Shown piece by piece: positions 38,431 to 52,205 of a stretch of 64,000 nucleotides of DNA. Position numbers and translations under genes: made by a program. Numbering within the stretch: position 1 is the stretch's first letter; each line of letters begins with the position of its first letter. Below the pieces are notes generated by a model. The model made no database searches and was not told the origin of the DNA. It saw only the letters and a program-made list of their open reading frames with translations. Source of the stretch: Kudoa neothunni (lineage: Eukaryota > Animalia > Cnidaria); the NCBI GenBank assembly GCA_964304625.1, contig OZ199839.1, forward strand, positions 7,280,407 through 7,344,406. Direction: 5' to 3'.

Positions 38431-38563
38431 ACTCTCCGTCGAAAACTCAGCTTACTGCATCGACATAAACACCATTAGACCCAGGACAATGTAATCAATC
38501 AAAAGCAACTAATGAAAAATAAATTCAACTACTTTCTTTCAATAAGCGAAAAAAAACAAAAAC

Positions 38564-38637
38564 TAGCCGAAATGGGAATCGAACCCACGACCTCAGCATT
38601 ATTAGTACCGCGCTCTAACCGACTGAGCTATCCGGCT
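38564..38637 (-). tRNA. tRNA-Ile, anticodon AAT, intronless, with downstream T5 and T8 Pol III terminator runs
   Basis: AGCCGGA-TA-GCTCAGTCGGTTAGAGC-G-CGGTA CTAATAA TGCTG-AGGTC-GTGGGTTCGATTCCCAT-TTCGGCT-A folds into a full cloverleaf with A and B boxes. Confidence 0.95.
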
Positions 38638-41499
38638 GCCTACGTTTGATTGTGGTTTTAATGTTTGCTTATAAACCTTTTCAAGTTATTGGTTTTTTAT
38701 ATATTGTAATAATAGTTATATTTCATTAAAAAAATGATTTTTTCGAAATTAAGTTTTTTATATTGTGTTCCTAGACTTTATGGTTTTAATCTATGAACGA
38801 AAAATTATGCAATATTCTAGTTTATTTGATATCCTACCCTCTTAATTATAAATTATAACATAAATGACCGAAAGTTTCCCTATTCATAACATGTTTTTAT
38901 TTTCCTTTGTAAAGTTTGAAATACATGAAATTTACACTGTAATAACTTTGCAGAAGGAAATATTAACCTTAGGCATTTACGCAATAAATGATCTTTATCG
39001 GTTATAATTGCCATTATATTTAATTCTAATCACGTCGCCCTCCTACAAATTCGTTTAAAACGCATTTTATGGCTTCTTCGGTCTCCTAGTATAAAATACG
39101 TCCGCTAGCAATATTTTGAACTAAATCAAACGAGTCTGGCTTTTTCGTCAAATAAGGAGGAGCTCTACGATGGAAAGTATCGCTTGGTTATCAAATATGT
39201 TTTTTGTAGCTATCATTGATATTGTTTATATGCAGCATTAATAAATAAAAGCGCAGGAAAATATTAAGAATTTCGTTATCATCAATGAAAATATCATTAA
39301 CAGGATTTTTATTCTGTACTTGTAATCTTTTTTTAGCAACGTTATCAAGGAGTGAACGTCTTTGTCTATATAATAGAACAAGTGGTTATATTATGGGGGA
39401 TTTCAGTTTAATTTTCTTTTCAGTTTACATTGGATCAATCTTTCGTTTATTTCTAATTGTATTAATTCCGATATTATGATATTACAAAACTTAAATTTTC
39501 TTTCTGGGGGATCTTAATTATCCCCCTAATTGCTTTGTTATCACGTTCAATTCTTATATTGTCGATATACATAAATAATTTCTTGAATAATTCTTGGAAT
39601 GACTAATAAAATGAAATTACTTGCTTGATTTTAGAATTTACACTCTCAATTGTATTGTTAGTAATGTTTAAGGACATCCCGCTATTTCTTCTTGAATTTG
39701 TAGTAATCAATTCTCCTTTTAGTCTTTATTGTTTTTTAAATAATTATAGATGGTTTCTATAACGTATTCTTCGAGCTTTTGTTTGTTTCTATAATACTTT
39801 TCTGTGTTCTTTGAATATCCTATATTTTGGAGGTGTAATCATGACGTTTCCTTTTCTTGAAAACTAATATTCATTCGTTCCATTTGAATTTTGTGAGCGG
39901 ACGACTTTAAGATATGATACAAACATATCTGAAGAGTATTATATTTTTAACTTTATCTTTCAACCGTAACTTTATCGATCATAAAAATATTTGGATATTT
40001 ATTTTCATTGTAGGATTCTGTTTTTGACATATCGATAAACAATCTGAAATTTTTTTGGTCTCTTTCACCAATATTCCGGTTCCCGCCATTTCTCTTAGAT
40101 CTATAACATCCAAAGCAGCCGGAAAATACAAAGGCGCTCTAGAATCCAATAATTTGTACATAGCGTCGATAAAAAATGATTTTAATATTAGTTTTTGAAA
40201 TTGATTTATGTCTATATTATGGTAACAAATTCTTTGAATTTAGAGTCACCTTGAAAAATTTCAATAAATGTTGCGTTTCTTTGAGTGGCATCAAAAATTC
40301 AATATTTTTTGAAGATGAATTCCTAAAATATTCAATGTTTTCCAGTTGCTTCGTTAAAACAAATTTTTCTTACTCTCTCAGTATTTTTTCTTGAATGGCT
40401 TTAGAATTTTTATTATTCTCCCAGTAACGGTTTAATACATGAAACCTCCTGTTGATTTATTTCCATGGCTTTAAATAAAAACTTTTGGAAAAATATTATT
40501 GAATCGTGATTATAAGCTAATTGTGAGATATCATTAATTGCTTTGATCATTTTCATCTACTGAAATTTTCAAAGCATAATGACATACTTTAAAGTAAAAA
40601 CTTGTATTTATTTTACTAGATGACCACTTTAGCTGTATTCATATGTAAATTAATTTATAAAATATCTTTTATGATCATACAATTATTTTAATATATTAGT
40701 TAACAAATAAATGCAAAAATCATGAAAAGTCAAAAATTATAAAAAAATGTCTTTTCCTCCATGAATATAACAGTTTTTGGTTTGGTATAATTTAAGGTCA
40801 GACTTTAATACTCGATCACTACGTTTTCGAGCTATTTCAGCTGTCTTTCAACCCAGTATGGACAAACTCTTCATTTCATTTAATTCAAGTTGTTCATTCT
40901 TCAAGTCTAATTCCTTATATCTTTTATAAGCATCACCCAATTTTAAAATATTGTTATTCACAATAACGTTGGAGTCAATATTCCTACAACTTGCACCAAC
41001 GTTATAAGGCCAATGTGATCACGTTCAAACACTCGTACGTCTTTATGGGTATTTGAGCTCACGATACATTACTTAACCCATTCAGGTTCTAGTTTTCTAT
41101 CTGTTGTAAAATTGTAATTTTAGGTAAAACTAACAGTGTTATTTTTGATTTTGAAAAAACTATTCTAAAGCGTTAACTCCCTATAAATATAAATATACAT
41201 AGGTTTTTGTAATGTTGTGAAAACGCAACAAAAAACTTATGCAGTATATAAATTTTTGAGTAACTTGACATAAAGAAATTAGCAAAAACACTGTATTTAA
41301 ACAACGATTGAGTAATTTTTATGTGATGTATTATCGTGGAATTTATATGATAATGTTTTCTGTATCTTTTAAAAATGTGTGATGTAGTACTTTAAAATAT
41401 AAATCGATATTCTTGATCCAGATTCATAATAAATAATTATTTTTGGTTTATATTTCAATAATAATTTCTTACTGGTAGTAAAAACTCTTACAAAATAGC

Positions 41500-42666
41500 T
41501 CTTTTACTCTAGGAAATTCAGTTTTACACCATTAACTCATTCATTTCCCAATTTTGTAGTTTTTACAAATCTATTATTTGGCTTAAATAACTATTATAAT
41601 AATCATCTTAAAAAATAATTAGTGGAAATTAAATTATCGAAGAAGATGTTAAGAGTTTTCACATTTTTTATTTCGTCCGCGAAAGAGATTACGACACTAC
41701 CACCCGAACCATATTTTTTATCATAATTTGCTGACTTTCCAGTTTACACGTCAAAACTATACATATAACCAGAGGATGATATAACGCATTGCTTGAAGCC
41801 GAATCTAATTGGTTTATTTTTCATAAACATTTTAGCGGAATGCCTGCTGGTGGTATTAGGTATCGTCTGTTCATCCATCAATATATATTTTTCAAATATT
41901 CCAAACTTTTCGAAATTTTTTTTAGTTATTGAATTAAAGGGTATTTCTTAAAAAATCTATCAGTGATGAAAACATTGTAATTATTGTTTATAAGAATGTA
42001 TTTTTTATAGATTTAAAGCGTTTGTAAGTCCATGAAGTTTTTACGAGTTCAACATCAACGTCTGAAGAAGATTCCAGTGCATAGGTTGGCGTGCTAATCT
42101 ATGATAACCGGACAAAATCAAAATGCCAATCGAAGATTTCATTTCACTTGTCGTATCATGAAAGTCATAGTTGTTATTTTTACTCGTGTATAAATTATTT
42201 TGTTTCACGATGCGTGTAAATAAATTTTCATCGAATAACTCCAAAAAAGTTCCATAAGAACTTAAATTCCTTTCAAGTATTGAAGAAAAATTATCCATAT
42301 TCCGACTGATTGACTGATCGATATAGTCTCATTCTGACGAAAAAATTTTGATTTTTCTTGAGAAGAAACGATATTAGTTTTATCAGTCCATATCAAGGTA
42401 TCATCGTTTACGAAGGATTCAGTCACCTCAGAAAATACTTCAATTTTTCCACACGTCTCAGGAATTAAATTGATGTCACCTATGCTACTAGAATCGGATT
42501 CAATAATATCCTCAGTATCCGTAAGAGTGTCGACTTTTTCAGCAGGTAGTAACCCAAAATAAAACGACCCTAGATTTTCGATGTCTTCATACCTTTTAGC
42601 ATAATCAAAAAGATTCGTATACGACTTTGGTTCCATTATACAGTGATATTTAGAGCAGCCCCACAC
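41500..42666 (-). pseudogene. piggyBac (PGBD3-like) transposase pseudogene
   Basis: EMKSSIGILILSGYHRL, MDEQTIP, KMFMKNKPIRFGFK, SSSGY, FFDN motifs with frameshifts. Confidence 0.8.
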
Positions 42667-43849
42667 AATTAATCAATTCGGAGTTTTCGTTGCGTTTTTG
42701 CTACATGTGTTTTTTTAAAATGAATTATTTATTCATTTCTCCTTTGATGCATTCATAATCGTATATAGATATTAACTGATAAATAACATTTGATATGTTT
42801 ATTACCATGATTTTCATTATCTGTGTTAGTCCAAATTTTATTTGGTGTTTGTCTAGTTGGAATTTCAATAATAATATATAAAATCATATTTTGTCCAATC
42901 TTAAAATACAAATTGATTTCAATAATATTTGTTTCCATTAATTGTTATTTTTAGGGAGCAAAAATAACAGAATACAATTAAATTAACAATTTTATATTTT
43001 TTTATAAAATCAAATATATTTTTTGATTATATAACGAAACCCTTGATTAGAATAAAATAGATGGAAGTCCCCATTGGCATAATACATAATATTCAGGTGA
43101 CATTAGTTTTGACAATATTTAATTATTTCTGGTCTACCACTTCGTCCTTGGCGGAATAGAAACAATTAAATATAGAAAATTCTAAAAAACAAATCATTAA
43201 ACAGCTTGCAAGTAAAAAGTTATGAAATTAAAATTGCCAGTGCGCATGCGTACATGCCATTAGAATTAAAAACTTCCGTGTCAATAGCCTCTGCCATAAT
43301 AAATTGAATATTTGAAAAATAAACATTCAAATTTTAAAGCAAATATTAAAAAAATTTTTTGATAACAACTAGCTCTAATACCCAGTTTTTCCTGGTAATC
43401 AATGAATTTTTAAAATTTTAATTTTATTTTAAATCGATAAATCTCAGACTAAAGTATATTTTAATAGTCTATTAAGATTTCAAAATTGTAGTCCTCCTTT
43501 TTTCTCCCCTTTTGATCCAATTTCAAGTTCCTTACTATTTATTTAACATCATTCAATTATTTCCTAGATTCAATTTCATGTTTGTTACTATAGTCGCACC
43601 TAGATATTGCGTAATTTCACAAATTTATTGAATTATAATGGATATTTTCAATTTTTTACTCTTAATTTGCTTTTATATTATTTAAATTAACATTAACTGA
43701 GCAAGCGAAGATAAAAACTTTTTATTAAAGAAATATAAATTTGAGTTAGTGTGTTAAAACTAATATCTTGTCACTGCGTAACATTTTGTTCAGCTTAACC
43801 CTCAATTAATTATCTTTTTTAATTCTGCGAAACAAAAATGGTAAGGAAT

Positions 43850-44300
43850 CAGCAAACAGTGACTGAATAAATTGAAATAATCGAATACTATAATTCGATT
43901 AAATCGCCCAAAGGAGAAATAGGGGTCTTTTAGACTTCTCAAGCCATCTAATAATATAAAATTATCCAAAACCAATATAATATATTTGCAAAGAATTATG
44001 CAACTAATGGAATTTTAGCCTCTCAAAACGATATTATTAATTCTATTATTCCAACTTCAAAAAAGAATACAAGAAGACAAGTACACGGAATTAATTAATT
44101 TGTTCTACACATGAATAACTAAAATGCGGAATGAAATGAAGGTTGTTCCTGCTTATTTAATTGTTGAAAAGACAAAAAAAACCCGCTAAATCCATAGGTA
44201 TTGACAAATTTAGAGGTAATAACGGTTGGTTCGTCGGATTTAAAAATAGATTTGAAATTAATTTAAAAAATTTCACTACGATACTAAGAGCGCAACGTAA
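43850..44300 (+). pseudogene. pogo/Tigger transposase N-terminal remnant
   Basis: FRGNNGWFVGFKNRF CENP-B-type HTH motif near 44210. Confidence 0.45.
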
Positions 44301-46188
44301 TAAATATGGATAATTCAGAATTAATTAAGTATATCATTTTGGTTTCATTAAAACTTAAAATCAAGCATGGGAAAACGTATCATCGACTATAATTCCAAAC
44401 TGATTAAGAAAATCTAGACTTTTTGAACATTATACTTTGATACGACAATACACCAAATTAATGATTAATTAATAGATAATGAAAATTTTGTCACATTATT
44501 TAATTGTTTATTAACTTTAATTTTTAGATAAAAATATGACGAAACCAACAATATTGAAAAGGTGGGAAAAATAAAAATACATGAGGAATCAATAGCTTTA
44601 CCTGAGGCGTATGCAATTGTTACATTTAAACAAAATATCGATCCAACTTTTGTAAAAGATGAAGCGCTTGTGACAACTGTGGAACTCACACGAACAATTA
44701 ATTTAATCAGAAAATTTTTATGTTCGAAAACTCAACAGCATTATTTTACAAACACACAGCTATCGAGTCCACATATGAAATAATCCGAAAATGGCACAAA
44801 AAATTGAGATTACTAGTTATTTTAAAACCCATTAGTTTTTTGTTTTTTGCACATAACGCGCAAGCGCAAGTAGCATATATTGCAGGGGTGCGAGATCCGA
44901 TCAAAATTGAAAATAATTTTTGATAAATTTTAAGTCAGTTACACCTTATCGTATACAAAAGGGTGTGAATTTCGTTTTGTCAAAAAATGGGGGTGCGAGT
45001 CCAGTTTTAGTTGGGAAGCGCTGCTGTATTTCGTAAAATCTCCCTATCTCGTAATTTTCTCCTATTCCCGAAAAATTACGCAATATCCAGTTTAGATTGC
45101 ATTTTTTAACTTTATCGAATTATTTTCTTGATCCATTTTCATGTTTGTTATTATGTTTTGACCCTATTTAAATAACATTAATCCAAATATGAAGTGATTT
45201 TCAGTCCATATGCGAATAAAAGAATATTAAGGAAACTTTTAAGTTTATTTTACATGTTATTTACATTAGATAATGACTAATATGACTAATCTAAATAATG
45301 ATGAAGACAAATAATCTTAACAGCAAAATCAATACTTAACGTATTATAACCTTGTGTACTTTCGAAAAATTTCCAAACAAATAAATTATTTTAGTTATAA
45401 AAAATATAAAAGTCTATAAACTATAAGAAAAGAAATAAACAATGAAATTACGTTAGAATACCGGATTCTAATAGCTGTTAAATACACCATTACCAATAAC
45501 ACCTCTTAGAAAAGATGTTGATGTTCCTGCGTAATTTATCCAAAAAATCGTGTAACATTGATCTGGATTATCTCTAATCAATTAATCAATTTCTATATTA
45601 AATATATACAGTTATTTAACTAGATAATTTTAAATACCAACCCAGTCATTAACTATCTAAAGTTTGGTTTATATCTCACATAGTAATGCAATGACGGACA
45701 ATCAATTTTTATCTTTTATCGTCTACTAGAAAAATCTAGAAGAATCAAGAATTGCATATCGACTCTTAAAATTGGATATAATACTTTGTATATTATTTGA
45801 CCAGATATTGTTCATTCATTCAAATGAATAAATTTAAAGGAATGATTCTCGCGCACTTTAAAAGATTTAATATATTATCCCTATGTATTGATTCCATACG
45901 GTCTCATATATGAATCATTAATTCTGGCAAAGTTTGCATTTAATTACTAAAAATAGTCATGCCCGCGCATCATACCTAATAAAGTACCATTGAGTAGAGG
46001 GGTTACTAAGTCGGATATTTCTAAGTAAATTACTTAATTGTTACTTTAAAATTTTAATCTCACACATAAAAACTCAAATATGGATGTATTTCTTTAACTT
46101 AATAATGGAATCAGTTGTTTCTATGTTAAAATTCAAAAAACATTATTTTATTTCGAAAAATTAAACTTAGGTCGATGCCCCATAGGAA

Positions 46189-48620
46189 ATGTCCAACAAC
46201 TATCTTGTAGATCAGATCGAAGCTTCGGGGGAGAATGTTTTAATGAAAATTCCCCTAAAGGAAAATACTCATAAAAGTTTTCAATTATTATTTTCAACAG
46301 AGCGTAATTTTGTAAACTCATACTATATTGCTAAATTGGAGAATATACGTAATATCCGAATTCCAAACGAAGTAAATATATATCGAAGTTAAATTGTAAT
46401 ATATGTTTACGTTAGATTGAAGAGAAAAATATCGAATACAAACTTAAACTCGAAAACAATCGACCTGGAAGACTTTTATCATTAGGAACACAAATGCACT
46501 GGCGATTAAATGAAGGCAATGGTATATGCTATTATCTAATAGGAGTGTCTGATGACGGAAACCTTGAGGGAATATGTTTGGATCTGTTTTCCGATTCGAT
46601 CTCTACTCTAAACCAAATGACTGCAACAAACAAATCTCACATTAATACTATGACTATCATTGAAATTCAAAAACACAATGATCAGCATATTAAAGGTGGA
46701 ATGTTGGTGAATGAACAACAAACACAAATTTTGCGAAATAATAGTGTTTATATTGGTTCGGTGGAGATTTTCTCTGACAAAGTTAGAACTAATGTAAATT
46801 TTTGTTGGATAGATACAAACCTTTTGATTATTTTCGTAGCTCTCCGAATTGAGAATTGCTGTGATTGGTAACTCATCTTCCGGCAAAAGTACGCTAATAA
46901 GTGTGTTGGTCAATGGGGAATTAGATGATGGATATGGTAGTGCTAGGATGGGGCGTTTCCATCATTTTCATGAAGAAATATCCGGACAAACATCATCATC
47001 TGTAATTGATGTCATTGGTATAGATTCTACTAATTCGGTATGTTTATCATGCACATAAAATTAAATATATATTGTAGGTGAGAACTAGTGTTATTAATGT
47101 CATTTTTAGCTTCAAAATTATTCAAGTCAATCCACTATGGAATGCATTGTGGAATCGTCTAGTCGTATAGTCGCATTTATTGATTTGGCCGGCGATTCCA
47201 AGTATCTTCGTACAACATTGCTTGGTATCACGTCACATCATCCTCATTTCTGTATGTTGGTGTTGGATGCCTCCTCCAAAGATATATTAGGTAGTTTATG
47301 CACTGTAGTCACAACAATCTGATATTACCAATTAATTGATATGTCATTGTTAGACGAAACCTCGATGAATCATCTCGAATTCTCAGTCCATCTTAGAATA
47401 CCTGTAATTATAGTTATGAATAAGGTAGACAAATGTGAATCGACTACCAAACAAAAGGAACTAATTCATAATTATCTTTCGACTCGTGGACTCTCTTACA
47501 AATTCATATCTAATGAGAATCTTAGTGGTCTTCTTGATCACGATTATAATCCTAACATAATTAAAATTCTTGAAACCAGTTGCACCAAAGGACTGGGAAC
47601 TGATCTTCTCACTCAGTATTTTGCATCGCTCAATTTTGATTCTATAAATAATATCGCATGTTCCGTGCAAAATTTATCCGAGTTTAATTCCAAAAGTGTA
47701 TTGCCACTTTTCAAGGATAGATCTCTTTTTCAGGTAGAACCTTTTAGATTTCATCAGTTATGTATACATATGTTTTAATTACGAGTTGTAACTTAAAGAT
47801 TTTGATTATTTTAACATTTTCATTATAAAAAACTAGCATTTGCACGTTTAGATTAACAAGATATTCAAATCCAGCGATTCCACAAAACTTGTTGTAGACG
47901 GAATTATGGTGAGTGGTTGTTTTGTAGAGAATTCGACTGTGTTTCTTGGCCCTTTGAATAAACATAACGAATTCAAGAGGATAGATATAGTTTCCATTGA
48001 AAGATATCGTTCTACCTCAAATATGGTTGGTTATAGTCAAGATGCTGGGATCAGTCTCAACATGGATTGGAATATTAAATTGCCCAAACAAGTATATTTA
48101 CTTCTCATATCATATTTAGTTAGATCGGGACATTAATTTAAGAGTTAAGTGGAGTGTTTTAATTATTTGGCTTCATTTTTTAGTTTGTTATCTATTAGGG
48201 ATTATATCTTCTTGATGATATTGATTTGGTCAAAACCTCAGGTTCTTTTATGGCAAAAATATTTCCTAACAGCAAGCGTCACCTACTAAAACGTGGTTTT
48301 CGTGCAACCATGCATTTTATGAATATTATTCGTGCAGTAGTTTTAGTATCAATACGAACAACTAACAAAGTACCACAAGCGATCTTAATGCAATTATACA
48401 TTTTCACATCATTATTGTTGATTTGATGTCAAGTTTTCGAATATTTCATAATATTTTTTTTCTATTTTAGAGTGACTGTTTGACGTCAGAAAATAGTGTA
48501 ATTGCCGAATTCGAATTTGAAAATGGAGTCAAACAATTATTGGTCGGCCAATGCTTCTTGCTTAGATACTCAGTTGATCAATACTTTCAAGGAATTATTA
48601 TTACTGATGCATTACTATAA
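46189..48620 (+). CDS. GTPBP2: GTP-binding protein 2 (translational GTPase), multi-exon
   Basis: NIEYKLKL, TQMHWRLNEGNG, IGVSDDG, P-loop GNSSSGKST, GELDDGYGSAR, SGQTSS, FIDLAG, NKVD; GT-AG introns give a continuous frame to TAA at 48620. Confidence 0.88.
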
Positions 48621-49361
48621 TGCATATGCAAACAATCCTAAACCCATTCTTATTAGATTGTACATACTATATTAATAATTTTTAACAATTTCCTAACAAA
48701 TTATGGAATAGATATAAAAAAATTTTTTTTGAATTAATCTGTCAAATTATTTATAATTCATTATTAATTTCTTATGTTATTTTTCCTGATTAAAGTCATT
48801 CGTCTTAAATTTGAAAGAAATAAGAGAATCAATAGAAGAATCATAAATAATTTAATTATATTTAGTTTTATAGCGGAAATTAAATAATTTAGTTCATTGA
48901 AATTTTTCTTTGGCTAAAAAATATACGAATAATTCGAAACGTCGTTTTAATAAATGGCGCGAAATCCCGGTTTTGTCTGGTGGTGTGCGATGTTTTGGGC
49001 TCTTAATTATACCTAATTTTTTGAAACGAAGTCATATCGAATATATTCAAATATTAATTATATTCAAATAGCGACGTGGAAACTACAAAAGTTGACTTCT
49101 CCTTTTGTCTTGATGCACTTACTTGCATTAACCTGAATACGCTTAAATTTTTTGTTAAAATATTAGCTGAAGAATATAATGAAAATTAAGCAGCGTTTTT
49201 AGGTTTATTTTCCAAATTATTGACAATAACATTCTATTTCGATGAGTAAGTTAAATAAGACTGAAAACAAATCAATATGACAAAACCATTCCGTATTTGA
49301 ACGTATTATAGCTTGCTATAGTTTTGAGAAGTTTTTCGAAATAAATGAAATCTATTAATTA

Positions 49362-49936
49362 CAGTACAACCTCGGAATTCGTACAACTTTGGTTCGACCA
49401 AAAATTTTGGGTCAGAAACACTTTTGAGTTCGAACACATAGAAAGGGTATTCAGAACAAATCCAGTCGGAGCAAAAACAGAGAAGAAAAGAAATTCTAGA
49501 AGGAGATTCGCTCAATCAAATTATGCGAACGTCATCAAAAGAAAACCCCTTATAATCTATCGTATGCCGACCAACAAATATTTATCCTAAATAACATATG
49601 GATTATAATGGTTGTAATCCATCAATCATATGCATGATCGTGAGCAAGGCGTTATGGCACCAACGCCTTTTAAATACTAATAACGCAGGTTCGAATTCCA
49701 ATTCGGAGTTTACGTTACATTGTATATCTCTTTTTTTATTATTTATAATTTTTACTTGTTATATATATAAACACAAGGTATGCTTGGATTTTTATAAATA
49801 CGAATAAAAATAGTAATCCATTTGATGAGCGATAGTACGGATTAAACTAATTTTCATTATTTTACATGTGAAAAATTGATTCGGAGTTCGAACACATTTC
49901 TAGAACGGATTACGGTCGAAGTCTGAGTTTGCACTG
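49362..49936. mobile_element. pogo/Tigger-type MITE
   Basis: TA-CAGTACAACCTCG ... CTGAGTTTGCACTG-TA. Confidence 0.65.
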
Positions 49937-50170
49937 TATATGTTTTCTCAATTGAACTCGACATTTTTTGGTTCTGGCCTAAATTCGTATTTAAACATTT
50001 TAAATCTCTATTAATAAATATTTTTTATGATTCTTTTTAAACAAACCCCAATGAGAAACACATATATTCTTATATTTTATAATTAAATTCACTTCGAGTA
50101 TCAAGAAAAGTTCTTATTCGCAATCTTTAATAGATCGATACCATTTAATTATTCGTAGGGACATTATAAC

Positions 50171-52205
50171 TAGGGTTGGAAATTTTCGACGTTTATTTTT
50201 CTGTAAATCGACGGTATTTATCGATCGAAATAAAATTTTTTTCAAATTCGACTTGTATCGGCTTATATGTAAATAAAATTTGTAAACTCGATTTTTATCG
50301 ACTTTTATTAAAAGAAAGAACAACGCTAAATAAAAAGAAACCAAAACAGATTCGATAATCGTGAATTAAAATAATTATAATGGACCATTGAAATTTAGCA
50401 TCGCCAACATTGTAAGGCGATCATCACCTAAATTTATTCTTTCTTTTCCGAAAACGTATCGGAGTTTTGAGAAACTCCTTTCAACATTGATTGATGACAC
50501 TGGCAGGGTCAATATATCTTGACAAGGTATTGAAAGTTGAGGTAAAACGTTTGATCGCGTTTTCCAAAAGTTAGGATCGACTGATCTTGTTAAATCTTTC
50601 GCATCTTTACATAACAACTCGAATTCATTCTTAAGTTGTTGTCTGTCTTCAATCTGTAAAAAGTAACAAAGATCATCAACATTCAAATGTTCAATTGAAA
50701 TTATATCGTTTGAATCAAGATTTTTCACAGTTTCAAAAAATGCACTTGAGGGTAAACACTCATTTAGATTGTTAGATATTGAACATTTTAGTTCATTAAT
50801 AATTTTTTCGCATAAATGCTCATATTTAAACAGAAAATTACTTCTACATTGAAATGGAATGAGACCGATAATGTCCTTGTGATTTTTTAGCAAATAGTTC
50901 TCGTCGATTCCAAAGTCATTCTTTATCCAGTCACAAACTTTCGAAATACAATTCTCTTCGGTTTCAATTATTTTTGAAAAATCAAATGATGGAGTAAGTG
51001 CATCGATTAAAATATTTAAAGAAAAGTAAAAAACATTAAGGTCAACTGCTTCTGTTTTTAAAAACTCATTAAGTTTTGCTCCAAATTTATCTCCTTTTAT
51101 ATCTTTTAAAAAGTCGACAACTGCTGGGTAATACTCCTTTACTTGCTTTATACAATTAAAGAAATTATACCACCGTACATCTAATACTCTCGGAATTTCT
51201 TTGAAACTATCAAAATTATTATTCTTAAGGTGTATCAAAAAAGAGTGTTTTGCTTTCCTATTTTATGACAGTAGGGATGAAAATTTCATGCAAAAATTTC
51301 TAACATCCTTAAAGTAAAGGTCAACAGCTTTTTGAACAGCTCCATGAATAACATGTGAAAAACAAGAGATTCTGGCGATATGAGGATATATAACTTTCAA
51401 TTCGATATAATATTTTTTCATGTAAGATGCCGAGTCAGAAATAATAGTGATACAATTTTTCCAATCCAAATCATATCGTTTTAGAATTTGAGACAAATGG
51501 CTAGTAACAATAACAGAATTACATTGTATAAATCGCGAAGAATCTAACATAATAGTTTTGCGTCTATCTGAGGAACTATCACGGAAGCAGGCCAAAGTGT
51601 TAAAAATTGGTCGGTTTTTAGCATCTGGGGACTCGTCAATTATTAAACTAAAACGTAAATCAGACATCATTAGTTTAATAGTGGTCACGGCTTCCTTATA
51701 TATCGTTGGAAGATGCTTTTCAACTAAATATTTTCCTTCAGATAGCGACCGTGACGCAGGACAATACGTAGAAATAAATTTCCTTAGATTGCTTTCTTTA
51801 TTAATCGAAGAAAATGGGAGGCCATCAAAAGCAACTATTTTAACCATATCTATTTCTATTTTATTTGAATTCGTCGCGTCTCGATAAAATATATTAGTTA
51901 GAGGGTTTATTTTCGACAAATTCGACTTGATGGAACAATGTTTTTGAGAATTAACGTGCTCCTGTAGTCTATTTTGTTTCGTAGGTATCGACATTTTGCA
52001 ATATCTACATATTAGTACATCACCAGCAGCTTCTAAATCACTCCATTCAGTTAAATAATTGGTTATTCCACGTCGTTTCCTTCCCATTTTTGCATGTGTC
52101 TAATGCGGTAACAACCGTCGAAAAAAAATAAAAACCGGGGAATTTTTGCAAATTCGACGATTTAAATCAACGAAAATCGATTTAAATCGAAAATTTCTAA
52201 ACCTA
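50171..52205 (-). mobile_element. Near-intact hAT transposon; ~570-codon transposase (50375-52087) with one in-frame TAA at 51263-51265
   Basis: TIRs TAGGGTTGGAAATTTTCGA / TAGGTTTAGAAATTTTCGA; perfect 8-bp TSD ATTATAAC; CRYC..H..H finger, IIDES, SDSASYM, CFSH, RW, LPVSSINVERSFS dimerisation motif. Confidence 0.93.

Larger units (their letters stand above)
31638..38557 (-). mobile_element. ~6.9 kb site-specific non-LTR retrotransposon of R2/NeSL type (RT, CCHC, restriction-like endonuclease) inserted in tRNA-Ile
   Basis: RT motifs YRPI, QKGF, WIDLRKAFDSV, GVRQGCPLSPLLFNL, LAYADD, KYLG; CRHC...H....C zinc knuckle, RHN, RRSDLV..DITIPYE..KEGKY endonuclease; flanked by full tRNA-Ile and a duplicated tRNA 3' half. 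Confidence 0.93.

Noticed and set aside
38880-40600. Degenerate minus-strand coding remnant, possibly a hAT transposase
   Set aside because: Too decayed; no termini or unambiguous motifs.
51263-51265. Stop-codon reassignment suggested by in-frame TAA/TGA in transposon ORFs
   Set aside because: Host genes end normally at TAA (CSTF1, WDR82, GTPBP2) and TGA (PPP6C, surface genes); the internal stops occur only in mobile elements.
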